In this document: in pieces, positions 1-10,869 of the stretch
Layout of the letters: each line of letters opens with the position of its first letter
Numbering within the stretch: position 1 is the first letter of the stretch
Origin: an uncultured Bdellovibrionales bacterium
GTDB taxonomy: Bacteria; Patescibacteriota; Minisyncoccia; Moranbacterales; UBA1568
Direction: 5' to 3'
NCBI GenBank assembly: GCA_964612055.1
Contig: CAZTBI010000001.1
Coordinates: forward strand, 420,824 to 484,823
Length of the DNA stretch: 64,000 bases
The notes under the pieces: model-generated
Told to the model about the DNA's origin: nothing
What the model saw: the letters and a program-made list of their open reading frames with translations, nothing else
Databases searched by the model: none
Made by a program: the position numbers and the translations under genes

Positions 1-1575
1 GACGGATACCAGTCCCAATTTTTTCAAACGTGAACGAATGGCGCCGGGTTTGCGACCAAGTTTTTCTGAAATTTCTTTCATCTGCTTACCGCGCTCAAAC
101 ATCTTTTTCAAATCTTTCTCTTCACTCTCGGTCCAAGAGCGATACGCCTGCGGATGTTTTTCTCTGATCGTATCAAAACTATGCCCTTCTTTCTCTGATT
201 TCTTCTTCTCTTTTTTCACCTTCTTTTCACGCTTCTGCTTGCCACCACAAACGGTAATGAAATTGCGCTCCAGTTCGCGGGCTCGCTCCGCTGTCAGCTT
301 GGCGTAGTCATTCTCTGCTCGCTCTGATGCTTCCCGGAAACGCACATCTTGCTCCAAGACTACTGGATGCACCTGAAAGGCGCGCGGATTGACTCCGAGG
401 AGATGGACACCTGAAAGTGTCCGTACCCGAGAGAGTGCCACGTAACCCTGGCCATATTCAAAAACCCGAGAAAGATCCATGACCGCAGCATCGAGACTCA
501 CCCCCTGGCTCTTGTGAATAGTCATCGCCCACGCGAGACGGAGCGGCAACTGAGTAATCTTGGCAAAGACTTCATCTCCTTCGGCAATCGTCCACTCCAT
601 CGGTTCGGCCGTGATTTTCATGCCATCTTTTGTTTCAATCACCGGGTATTTTTTGTCCGAAGTGAAACCCGTCACCGTTCCGAGCGTACCGTTCACAAAA
701 CCCGCACTAGGATTGTTCTTGGTAAACATGACGGCCGCACCGACTTTCAGCTCCAGACGTTCGGGTGAAAGACAGCCCCGCATAAGAGCGCTCGTCAGTG
801 CCTCCGGACCACGAAGCGCCATAGCATAGGCGTGGGTTTTCCCAGGGAGACGTTTCAGTTCGTTGGCATTTAGCGTATCGACATTGGTATTGTGTGAATA
901 GAGACGCGTCAAATCATCTGGCAGTTCCGCCACCGTAATCATGCGCTCGCTGAGACTTTCGAAATGCCCCTCATCGAATTCATTGCGCCTGATAGCTCCG
1001 AGAATGCGAAGAAAGGTACTGTCTTCTTGGCGATGCTGTTCGGAAAGATAACAAACGGTCGGCGAGAGTGCCTGCCAAACCTCGGAATCAAAAGCGAATT
1101 CAATCGGCTGTTCTTTTCCATCGCGCTCTTTCTTTCCCGAAACCGGTGGCAACTGAAAAAAATCCCCTACCACCACTACCTGTAATCCACCAAAAGGGAG
1201 CCCCAGTTTGCGCACCGCGCGACACACCCGCTCCACTAAAGTCAGCACGCGACCATCGAGCATAGAAATCTCGTCGATGATGAGCACCTTGGCCTGCTTG
1301 ATACGCTTGCTAATGTAGCGATTCTCAGCAATATGACGGAGGGCGTCATCATCGAGTTCTGACTGGATACCAATACCACTCCACGAATGAAGCGTCATGC
1401 CATGAATATGCGTGGCCGCGATACCGGTTGATGCGGTCACGGCAAAATCAATATCATGCTCGCGCAGATATTCGGTGTACTGATTGATGATATGGGTCTT
1501 CCCTGAGCCGGCCTCACCCGTCAAAAACACATGGGCGCCGGTCTTCAGGATAGAGAGTGCTTGATCTTGAGTCAT
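1..1575 (-). CDS. PIF1-family (SF1B) DNA helicase with C-terminal helix-turn-helix-like tail; 3' end runs off the window
   Basis: Manual translation from ATG 1575: MTQDQALSILKTGAHVFLTGEAGSGKTH (Walker A), IIDEISM, PFGGLQVVVVGDFFQLPPV, QLPLRLAWAMTIHKSQG, GQGYVALSRV. Missing from the ORF track because no stop lies inside the window. Confidence 0.92.
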   Translation of the reverse strand, partial: MTQDQALSILKTGAHVFLTGEAGSGKTHIINQYTEYLREHDIDFAVTASTGIAATHIHGMTLHSWSGIGIQSELDDDALRHIAENRYISKRIKQAKVLIIDEISMLDGRVLTLVERVCRAVRKLGLPFGGLQVVVVGDFFQLPPVSGKKERDGKEQPIEFAFDSEVWQALSPTVCYLSEQHRQEDSTFLRILGAIRRNEFDEGHFESLSERMITVAELPDDLTRLYSHNTNVDTLNANELKRLPGKTHAYAMALRGPEALTSALMRGCLSPERLELKVGAAVMFTKNNPSAGFVNGTLGTVTGFTSDKKYPVIETKDGMKITAEPMEWTIAEGDEVFAKITQLPLRLAWAMTIHKSQGVSLDAAVMDLSRVFEYGQGYVALSRVRTLSGVHLLGVNPRAFQVHPVVLEQDVRFREASERAENDYAKLTAERARELERNFITVCGGKQKREKKVKKEKKKSEKEGHSFDTIREKHPQAYRSWTESEEKDLKKMFERGKQMKEISEKLGRKPGAIRSRLKKLGLVSV

Positions 1576-1623
1576 ACTCCCTATCCTACCATCCCAAGAA
1601 GAGAGTATCAAAAGTCCTATGGT

Positions 1624-1657
1624 AAAGAGAAAGGGTCGCCAGCATTGCCAGCGACCC
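1624..1657 (-). terminator. Intrinsic terminator ending the candidate ncRNA
   Basis: Minus-strand GGGUCGCUGG-caaug-CUGGCGACCC hairpin followed by UUUCUCUUU. Confidence 0.75.
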
Positions 1658-1853
1658 CACAGATTGTTACGTACAGATGCCACTGTGACACCTTCGTCAG
1701 CGACAGGATGGTATTTCAACGTTGGTTCCAGCCTACCCGGAAGTGGCCTTCAAAACCTCCCACCTATGCTACGCAGCGCCCAAGTACTCGACCGATCAGG
1801 AAAACAAGGACATACCCTTATCTTAACTTCCGACCGTTTTTTCCAATCTGCAC
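1624..1853 (-). ncRNA. Candidate stand-alone ncRNA containing a 23S rRNA L1-stalk module (1699-1780)
   Basis: UGCGUAGCAUAGGUGGGAGGUUUUGAAG...UGGAACCAACGUUGAAAUACCAUCCU matches the conserved 23S L1-stalk sequence; closing helix CAGAUUG/CAAUCUG; upstream TTGACA-17-TAGGGT; downstream terminator; no credible minus-strand ORF. Confidence 0.7.
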
Positions 1854-1858
1854 AAGCA

Positions 1859-1887
1859 ACCCTATCAAGCAGTTGGCTCAATGTCAA
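1859..1887 (-). promoter_or_regulatory. Sigma70-like promoter for the candidate ncRNA
   Basis: TTGACA (1887-1882), 17-nt spacer, TAGGGT with an extended TG. Confidence 0.5.
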
Positions 1888-1941
1888 ATTGGAAAAGAAA
1901 AAAGCGAGGGATCAGTGATCTTACCCGCTTCTACAGAATCT

Positions 1942-2307
1942 CTAAGCCGCTCTTCGCTCCGCAGCTCGACGCTCTGCATCCTCTCGTTCCCATTGCCGAC
2001 GCATTTCTTCCTCCATGTCACGTTCTTGATCAGGGCACATGGGGTAATGATGCTTTTCCACCCAGAAACGTCGCAGTTTCCCGCAAATCATTCTAGGAGG
2101 ATCCGCAACCCAAACATACGCCTGATACATATTTCCAGGATTGATCAAACTACGACAGTGACTGCAGTCATGATAATCCCAGGCCATTCTCCAATAAGAC
2201 CTCAAGATACGCTCATAGCGCCTGTAGGTATCGTCGTTGTCTGAATATAGCCGTGCATCCTCTCCATCGAGGAGGAGTTCGACGGCCTCCGCGATAGGGG
2301 TTTTCAT
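1942..2307 (-). CDS. Orphan protein with putative Zn finger (CxxC..I.PG..Y...H...C)
   Basis: ATG 2307 preceded by GGAG; HDCSHCRSLINPGNMY...HHYPMC; own terminator at ~1895-1931. Confidence 0.7.
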   Translation of the reverse strand: MKTPIAEAVELLLDGEDARLYSDNDDTYRRYERILRSYWRMAWDYHDCSHCRSLINPGNMYQAYVWVADPPRMICGKLRRFWVEKHHYPMCPDQERDMEEEMRRQWEREDAERRAAERRAA

Positions 2308-2480
2308 GAGGAACTCCAAGGAACTAAGTACAAAAAATGGTAGCAAATTATAAATAAACTGTCTATCGGCGGTGGCAAAATGTTTACATTCCTCACATAT
2401 TGCCACTCTAGCACTTTACAAAAAGAAAATCCTGCCATGGCTGATGGCAAGATCTTTACTTTACCCTAAAAAACCATCAA

Positions 2481-3383
2481 TTACTTCTTCTTGGCGCCGG
2501 TCGCGACAAAAGACGCGCCGATCTTCCAGCGGCCGCGTTCACGAAAAGCAGGAATAGTCTGCTTGCGAGCCGCATTGATGAGACCACTTAGGACAAGCTG
2601 GTGCTTCTTGGCATACTCTGACAACGTCACGATCTCCTCTCCTTTCAGGTAGGTGATACGCTTATGGAGAGACTCCATAAGAGCGAAGGCCACAATTTTT
2701 TCCATACGCTGCACCTGTTTGGTCGCATCGTACTCGCGAAAAGACTGATAATAGATACCTTTTTCCTTATCACGGATGATAACCACTGGGAAACCAAGTC
2801 GGAAAAGCTGGTAGTTCATGAGCGCCCGACCGATCCGACCATTGCCGTCACAGAACGGGTGAACACGCTCGAACTCGAGATGGAAACGGGCGATGACGTC
2901 AGTCACATAGCTCTCGTGATCACTTCCGTACTGTTCGATAGCGCGCTCCATCAAGGAAGCGACTTGCTCCGGTGCCGGTGCGATATGCTGCCCGACCCGG
3001 ACGAACTCACCCGGTGCTCGAAAACGTCCGGCAATCTTGTCATCGATATTACCGATCAACATCCTATGAAGAAGCAATACAAATTCTTCGGAGAGATCCG
3101 TGTTTCGCGCCTTAACCTTGATGTACTCCATCACTCGAGCCAGATTCTTGGCTTCGAAAACTTCTCGCAACTCAACCGTGCGCGATACCTCCATCTCAAA
3201 CAGGATCTTCTCCGTTTCTTTCAGCGTCAGAGTGGAGTTCTCAATGGCATTCGAGTTATAGACCCCTTCTGGAATTTCTACCTCATCGAGCACGTTCAAA
3301 AGCGCCTCTTTCCCCTTCTTGAGAGAGTCGAACTCCTTCTTGAGAGCCCTGATACGCTTTTTGTACACCGCGTTCAATGCCAT
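2481..3383 (-). CDS. Fic-domain protein with N-terminal inhibitory motif and C-terminal putative DNA-binding domain
   Basis: Fic motif HPFCDGNGRIGR; SNAIEN matches the (S/T)xxxE(G/N) auto-inhibitory motif. Confidence 0.92.
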   Translation of the reverse strand: MALNAVYKKRIRALKKEFDSLKKGKEALLNVLDEVEIPEGVYNSNAIENSTLTLKETEKILFEMEVSRTVELREVFEAKNLARVMEYIKVKARNTDLSEEFVLLLHRMLIGNIDDKIAGRFRAPGEFVRVGQHIAPAPEQVASLMERAIEQYGSDHESYVTDVIARFHLEFERVHPFCDGNGRIGRALMNYQLFRLGFPVVIIRDKEKGIYYQSFREYDATKQVQRMEKIVAFALMESLHKRITYLKGEEIVTLSEYAKKHQLVLSGLINAARKQTIPAFRERGRWKIGASFVATGAKKK

Positions 3384-3386
3384 AGG

Positions 3387-3453
3387 AAAGATGGTTAATT
3401 TATACTCCTATTATACAAAATTAACCATCTTTTGTCAATAGATGGTTAATTTT
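3387..3453 (-). promoter_or_regulatory. fic promoter with three AGATGGTTAATTT boxes
   Basis: TTGACA (3438-3433)-17-TATAAT (3415-3410); boxes at 3387-3401, 3418-3432 (inverted) and 3440-3453. Confidence 0.75.
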
Positions 3454-3482
3454 ATGATAAACTGTACTATATTAACCTTATT

Positions 3483-3797
3483 TTAGGGGTTTTCACCACT
3501 TTTGCGAGTGAAGTACCAAAGGACATTGGCCAGAGCCAAAAAAATCATAATGAAAGCGCCGAAAGGAAAGGTAATCAATCCAAACCAACCAGAGACAAAG
3601 AGAACGTAGATAACACTCCCGCCAGGACAATCAGGCACGGAACTTTCGCCGAGTGCACCGCAACCAAGCGCATGCCCCAGAAGGGACCCGAAAATTACCA
3701 GAATGAGCGGCGCAGCCGAGATGATGGCTACGATGGCATAAGCCAAGACCCAATGTCTCCAGGTAAAAAAATGTGAGTAGCTAAAATATTTCATCAT
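3483..3797 (-). CDS. Small two-TM membrane protein
   Basis: Two hydrophobic helices flanking a C-x9-C loop; in operon orientation. Confidence 0.7.
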   Translation of the reverse strand: MMKYFSYSHFFTWRHWVLAYAIVAIISAAPLILVIFGSLLGHALGCGALGESSVPDCPGGSVIYVLFVSGWFGLITFPFGAFIMIFLALANVLWYFTRKSGENP

Positions 3798-3806
3798 ACT
3801 GTGAGT

Positions 3807-4244
3807 TTATAATGAGAGATGCTTGGTTGGCTTGAGAACAGCAGTCGGATCAGTCTTCCATTCATCTGAAACATCAGCATAAAGCTCGAGCTCGTTACCA
3901 TCGGGATCGAGGACATAGAGACTGTGCGTCACATGATGATCAGCGGAACCAACGATGGTGACATCTTTTGCTTTCAATTCTTCGTACACGGCACGGAGCA
4001 CTTCCGGACCATCCCCTATCTTGAACCCAATATGGTACAAGCCTGGCTCTGGCATGTGTCGTTCTTTTGGCACACCGCCGATTTCGAGAAGAAGCATCTC
4101 ATGATGTGTCCGGCCAGAAGAAAAGATAGCCATGCCGGGAGCACGTTTGATCTCATGAAACCCGAGCGTATCACGATAGAAATTGGCCATCTTTTCAATA
4201 CTGGTGACGTAGAGAACGATATGTCCGAGTTCTTTGATTTCCAT
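3807..4244 (-). CDS. VOC/glyoxalase family protein (catechol 2,3-dioxygenase-like)
   Basis: LGHIVLYV, GLYHIGF, SLYVLDPDGNELELY motifs. Confidence 0.9.
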   Translation of the reverse strand: MEIKELGHIVLYVTSIEKMANFYRDTLGFHEIKRAPGMAIFSSGRTHHEMLLLEIGGVPKERHMPEPGLYHIGFKIGDGPEVLRAVYEELKAKDVTIVGSADHHVTHSLYVLDPDGNELELYADVSDEWKTDPTAVLKPTKHLSL

Positions 4245-4256
4245 ATCTCTTTTGAT

Positions 4257-4763
4257 TTAGAATTTTCGACTATCGTAAGCCCAGTGCAAAAGCGCCTGAC
4301 GCTGACGTGGTCGACAACTGAGATCGCCTCGTCGACAATGGTGCGCTATCTGAGCGATGTGACGACTGATTACTTTCCAACGTTTGATCTGTCGCTCGTC
4401 CTCTCCTTTCAGGCGTCGTCCCATGTAGTAACGACAGTACCATTGAAACCAGCCACGCGGATCATCTGGAGAGATCCACTCTTTTTCCCGCCAGACAGCA
4501 AGTGATTGCGAAGCCCTGACATGAAAAAAATTTAAACTGGCATCGTAGTGTTCCGGTGAGAGCTTCGCATAAACAAACCAAGCTTTCGGAAATTCATCAC
4601 GACAATCAGTCATGTATTTCCCACCAAAGACTCCGAGTGCCAACATCTCTTGTGGCGTCAGATCCGGCTTGAATTCTGAATGGAAATTTTTTCCGACTGG
4701 CTCGGTACACGTATACACGTAGCCTGATTGCATTTTATCATGTACTACGATTTTCGACTGCAT
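4257..4763 (-). CDS. Conserved hypothetical protein (LTPxEML.LGVFGGKY / GWFQWYCRYYMGRR family)
   Basis: Recognisable conserved motifs; start moved to ATG 4763 because the upstream part overlaps the neighbour's terminator. Confidence 0.8.
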   Translation of the reverse strand: MQSKIVVHDKMQSGYVYTCTEPVGKNFHSEFKPDLTPQEMLALGVFGGKYMTDCRDEFPKAWFVYAKLSPEHYDASLNFFHVRASQSLAVWREKEWISPDDPRGWFQWYCRYYMGRRLKGEDERQIKRWKVISRHIAQIAHHCRRGDLSCRPRQRQALLHWAYDSRKF

Positions 4764-4845
4764 AGCAGAAATTCTTTCAAGAAATGGGAACGGGTCTGAA
4801 GCGACATGCGCGACAGACCCGATCATACAAACAATGCCACGACCA

Positions 4846-5283
4846 TCAATCAGCATAGTGGCGCCTCCTAATCGTGTAGAGCTTGCCAGTCAATCCACCG
4901 GTCAAGCTGATATCGGTCCGTAGGAAACGAAAGGTCTGCCGCCATCTGCCGGACGACGCACCAATCCGGTACTCCATACGAACCACGTACTCACCGGCAT
5001 CTGGACGACGCTCACGACTCACAGAGAAGCCAAGAATCTGCACATCTTGGTAGAGTGCGGCACTCTTCTCCGCCGTCATCTCCAGCGCACCGTGATGATG
5101 ATCCAGGATGATCTGCGTGATCCTCTCCCGAAGCTTCGCACGATACAGAGGATAGGAAAACCTGAACCTCCGGCCAGGCCCTCGATGAGCGCCTTCACGA
5201 ATGACGAAGAAGGACTCTACTTCCTTCGAAGTGAAAGAGATTTGGACGCCGACAGCGCCCCGTGGGATGGTGTTGGTCAGCAC
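4846..5283 (-). CDS. Orphan hypothetical protein
   Basis: GTG start with AAGGAGG RBS; TTGACA-17-TAGACT promoter upstream; hairpin downstream. Confidence 0.65.
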   Translation of the reverse strand: MLTNTIPRGAVGVQISFTSKEVESFFVIREGAHRGPGRRFRFSYPLYRAKLRERITQIILDHHHGALEMTAEKSAALYQDVQILGFSVSRERRPDAGEYVVRMEYRIGASSGRWRQTFRFLRTDISLTGGLTGKLYTIRRRHYAD

Positions 5284-5362
5284 GGTGACCTCCTTTCAGG
5301 GTCGATGTTGAGGAACCATCTCAAGTCTAGGTTGTTACCCTAATGGTGTCAAACTTGATTTT

Positions 5363-7942
<2,580 letters not shown>

Positions 7943-7960
7943 AACGGTAGTACGGAAAAT

Positions 7961-8659
7961 TTAGAAATACTCTAGCATGGCACGATAGTCTTCTTCACGT
8001 TCGAGATGTACCACCAATTCAATCGTTCCAAGTGGCAACTGCTGACTGAAGGTGCCAAAATCAGAAATCCAATCCAAGCTGACCAAATAGTCCGAAGTTT
8101 CAAATGGCGCTTCTTTGTAGAGCTGATACGTGCGTTTCCAAAAGAGATCGAGCATCTTACCAATCAAGTTGAAATCAAGTGGCAGGATCATCCCCTTTTT
8201 ACTAAACCGGACGTACTGAGATTTATACTCTCGGGCCAGTTTGATAAAAATGCGTGAAAAGGCTGGAAAAAAATGGAGGTGCTCGTGGGAATTGAGTCCG
8301 TCTGGTAAACGACCAAAGAGCTCTTCGAAACGCATGATTTGATCACGCCATTCAGCCTCTACTTTCTTCGCTGTGAGTAATCCTGTGCAGTACCGCATAA
8401 AAAAGTTGATCCCTCGCAAGAGGGCACTCTCCTTCACTTTCGATCCGCTCTTCAAAAGTCCGATAAGCTCGAGGTGGAGATCGATCTTCACCCCTGAAGC
8501 TAGAAGGGCTTGAGCCTGGTCAAGAGAGACGTAATGAATGAGTACTGCCACTCGATCAACCCTGCCTTCATGCACTAAACGCAAAATCGGCTCCGCTGTC
8601 TGTCGGATGCCGTAGTCATCAGCTGTCACGATAAAATTTCTGCGAATACCCTCAGTCAT
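7961..8659 (-). CDS. YdjC/ChbG-family carbohydrate deacetylase
   Basis: [25 protein letters not shown] motifs. Confidence 0.85.
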   Translation of the reverse strand: MTEGIRRNFIVTADDYGIRQTAEPILRLVHEGRVDRVAVLIHYVSLDQAQALLASGVKIDLHLELIGLLKSGSKVKESALLRGINFFMRYCTGLLTAKKVEAEWRDQIMRFEELFGRLPDGLNSHEHLHFFPAFSRIFIKLAREYKSQYVRFSKKGMILPLDFNLIGKMLDLFWKRTYQLYKEAPFETSDYLVSLDWISDFGTFSQQLPLGTIELVVHLEREEDYRAMLEYF

Positions 8660-8725
8660 TGAGACAAACAGTAAAAGAGAAGATACGCTCCATTGTGGCA
8701 GAAAAACGCACTCGGAGCAAGTCTC

Positions 8726-9034
8726 TTAAGCACCGAGTAGACTCACCACTCGGCCATTTTTTATTACCACTCCCTCTTCAGTCAAAAGCTCTTTTTTCTT
8801 CTTGACGCCACGATTGTACTGTCCCAGCTGTCCATCAGAACGAACCACTCGGTGACAGGGAATAGCCGGATCGTAATTGTGCTTCATGAGCGTCCCGACA
8901 GCTCGAGCTGCTTTTGGAAAACCAGCCTTGGCCGCGACAGCAGCGTAACTCATGACTTGGCCCTTGCGAATCCCCCGTACTACCTTGTGTACGGCGGAAG
9001 CAAAAGAAATGGGCGCTTTTTTCTTTGATACCAT
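8726..9034 (-). CDS. O6-methylguanine-DNA methyltransferase (MGMT DNA-binding/catalytic domain only)
   Basis: ARAVG and active-site IPCHRVV. Confidence 0.92.
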   Translation of the reverse strand: MVSKKKAPISFASAVHKVVRGIRKGQVMSYAAVAAKAGFPKAARAVGTLMKHNYDPAIPCHRVVRSDGQLGQYNRGVKKKKELLTEEGVVIKNGRVVSLLGA

Positions 9035-9039
9035 ACCGC

Positions 9040-9882
9040 CTAATCCTTGGTATCACTCATAACTTCTTTCAATTTCTCGGCTGCAGCTTCCACGGTCGCC
9101 TTAAAATCGCTCATCGCCTTCTCGATAGCAACCTGACGAGTGTCAGCCAATGCCTGAATTTCTTTGCGGATCTTTTCAGATTCAGTTCTATCTGCTTGAA
9201 GGGCTTTGTGCGCCGCTACCAGCGCCGCCTGAAAGTTGGATCGAACAGTTGCTGGAGCAGTACCAGCCTCACAATCAGACTTTGCTTTATCAAGCGCAGA
9301 TTTCATGGCAGCTGCGAATGCATCGGCAGCGCTCTGCATATCATCCTTACGCGAAGCAAGAGCAGCATCGACGCCGGTACGGAAAGTTTCAATGGCAGCA
9401 TTCACTGCATCACGACGATCATCCACTGCCTCTTCAACCGTCTTTTTGAAGTCATCTACCGCCTCTTCCTCGGCATCAGTATTAGCCTTGGCATCAAGTT
9501 TGGCGTACATTTCACTACGCTTGGAGTCAGCATCGGAGCGACTATCTTCGAGCTTGGAGTCACGACTATCCCGACCCTCGTCCATCTGTCCGACACGTTC
9601 ACCAACTCGTCCCTCAAAATTCTGACGAGCCGAAGCCATGCCAGAACCGATAGTGCTCGCTGTTTCTGTAAAACGATTACAGAAAACTTCCTGCATACGA
9701 TCTCGTGCCGCCTCCATCCTCTCAGAGCGTTCTTCTTGAAGGGTGCTGGCTCGCTCCTCGCGATTCTGTAATCCAGCAGCCGATGGAAGAGCAGCTGAGA
9801 CAGACAGTGGCGCCACTAACGACACGGCGCCAAGAAAAGCTACCGCCTTACGCTGAAATTTCTTAAAAGCTATTTTCATCAT
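9040..9882 (-). CDS. Secreted all-helical/coiled-coil protein
   Basis: Signal peptide followed by an A/E/R/K-rich helical body. Confidence 0.8.
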   Translation of the reverse strand: MMKIAFKKFQRKAVAFLGAVSLVAPLSVSAALPSAAGLQNREERASTLQEERSERMEAARDRMQEVFCNRFTETASTIGSGMASARQNFEGRVGERVGQMDEGRDSRDSKLEDSRSDADSKRSEMYAKLDAKANTDAEEEAVDDFKKTVEEAVDDRRDAVNAAIETFRTGVDAALASRKDDMQSAADAFAAAMKSALDKAKSDCEAGTAPATVRSNFQAALVAAHKALQADRTESEKIRKEIQALADTRQVAIEKAMSDFKATVEAAAEKLKEVMSDTKD

Positions 9883-10189
9883 AAGATGTTCCTAAGTTAT
9901 TTACACTTTCACTATCCTGGTCGAATTCTTCGAGAGCCCCCATCTCTTCTTCATCCAAGGCTGTAGCGTCAGCATGAGATTCCGAAACAATACTGGCACT
10001 GATATCATCAACACTCTCCGGTACTGGTGCGCTGTCCTGCAGAGGAGGAGACTGCTGCCTCGTCGTACCATTTGAAGTCATCAATGGTTGTGATAGAGAG
10101 TTAGAGGCAAACTGGCCATAAACAAAGAAACATACTAGCAGCAGAACCACTCCTCCGACTATGATTCCCACGATTTGTTTTTGTGTCAT
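9863..10189 (-). CDS. Small membrane-anchored acidic protein
   Basis: ATG 10189, N-terminal TM helix; overlaps the start of the next gene. Confidence 0.75.
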   Translation of the reverse strand: MTQKQIVGIIVGGVVLLLVCFFVYGQFASNSLSQPLMTSNGTTRQQSPPLQDSAPVPESVDDISASIVSESHADATALDEEEMGALEEFDQDSESVNNLGTSYDENSF

Positions 10190-10327
10190 ACGCTTTATTG
10201 AAAGGTGATTATCCGTCTCTAGTATACTCTCGGACGCCACGATTGACAACGAAAGGACTTCCTCTTGCAAGAAGACCTCCCCGGTGCTACGTTTGAGGCA
10301 AGTTCCTCAACAACTTGGGAGACAGCT

Positions 10328-10837
10328 ATGCGAAAAGAAGCTCTGGCTCGCCAACAGGATGAGCGGTTAATTGCCTTTGTTGTACAAATCACCACACCAC
10401 CTTCGCCGGAAACAGGCGGGGCGGTCCTCATCACTTGCCTGGCGCATGACCTTGGAAAGCTTAGATATTCCTGGCGCATCCCAAACAAAGCGCTGTTCGT
10501 TGATATCTACCGCAGCAATCTCACCAGGTTCCCGGTGGGCGCTAAGTTCCAGGCACGAGACTCCGCTGCAAAGATGTTCTGGGAAGTGAATCTCATGAAC
10601 CACTATTGGGAAAGGGGCCTCCCATTCAGCTCGACAGCAAGAGATGTCATCGCAACACAAGCAGAACAAATCGTGCGATCCTTTCCACGAAACTTTGGGT
10701 TGCCGGATGGGTTCCTTATCGATCTCGAGCTTCTTTCTCCAGACAACACTCGCTCCTGCGATTGGTGGGGAACTCGTGAACGAATCATGAACCACAGACC
10801 CGCCGATGGACAGAACGGTCCAAAGACCAAAGAGTAA
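10328..10837 (+). CDS. Orphan hypothetical protein
   Basis: ATG 10328 with GGGAG RBS; terminator GCAGATG-caagg-CATCTGC-TTTTT follows. Confidence 0.7.
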   Translation: MRKEALARQQDERLIAFVVQITTPPSPETGGAVLITCLAHDLGKLRYSWRIPNKALFVDIYRSNLTRFPVGAKFQARDSAAKMFWEVNLMNHYWERGLPFSSTARDVIATQAEQIVRSFPRNFGLPDGFLIDLELLSPDNTRSCDWWGTRERIMNHRPADGQNGPKTKE

Positions 10838-10869
10838 CCAAGCAGATGCAAGGCATCTGCTTTTTCTTT

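Noticed and set aside
939-1200. Apparent frameshift in the pif1 helicase
   Set aside because: Manual translation is in frame (GDFFQLPPVSGKKERDGKEQPIEFAFDSE); the 60-aa ORF is an off-frame shadow.
1699-1780. Call as a 23S rRNA gene
   Set aside because: Only ~80 nt resemble 23S; flanks are not rRNA-like and no rrn operon lies in the window.
1531-2244. Plus-strand ORFs (237, 99, 71 aa) over the candidate ncRNA
   Set aside because: No recognisable motifs; they overlap pif1, two terminators and a better minus-strand gene.
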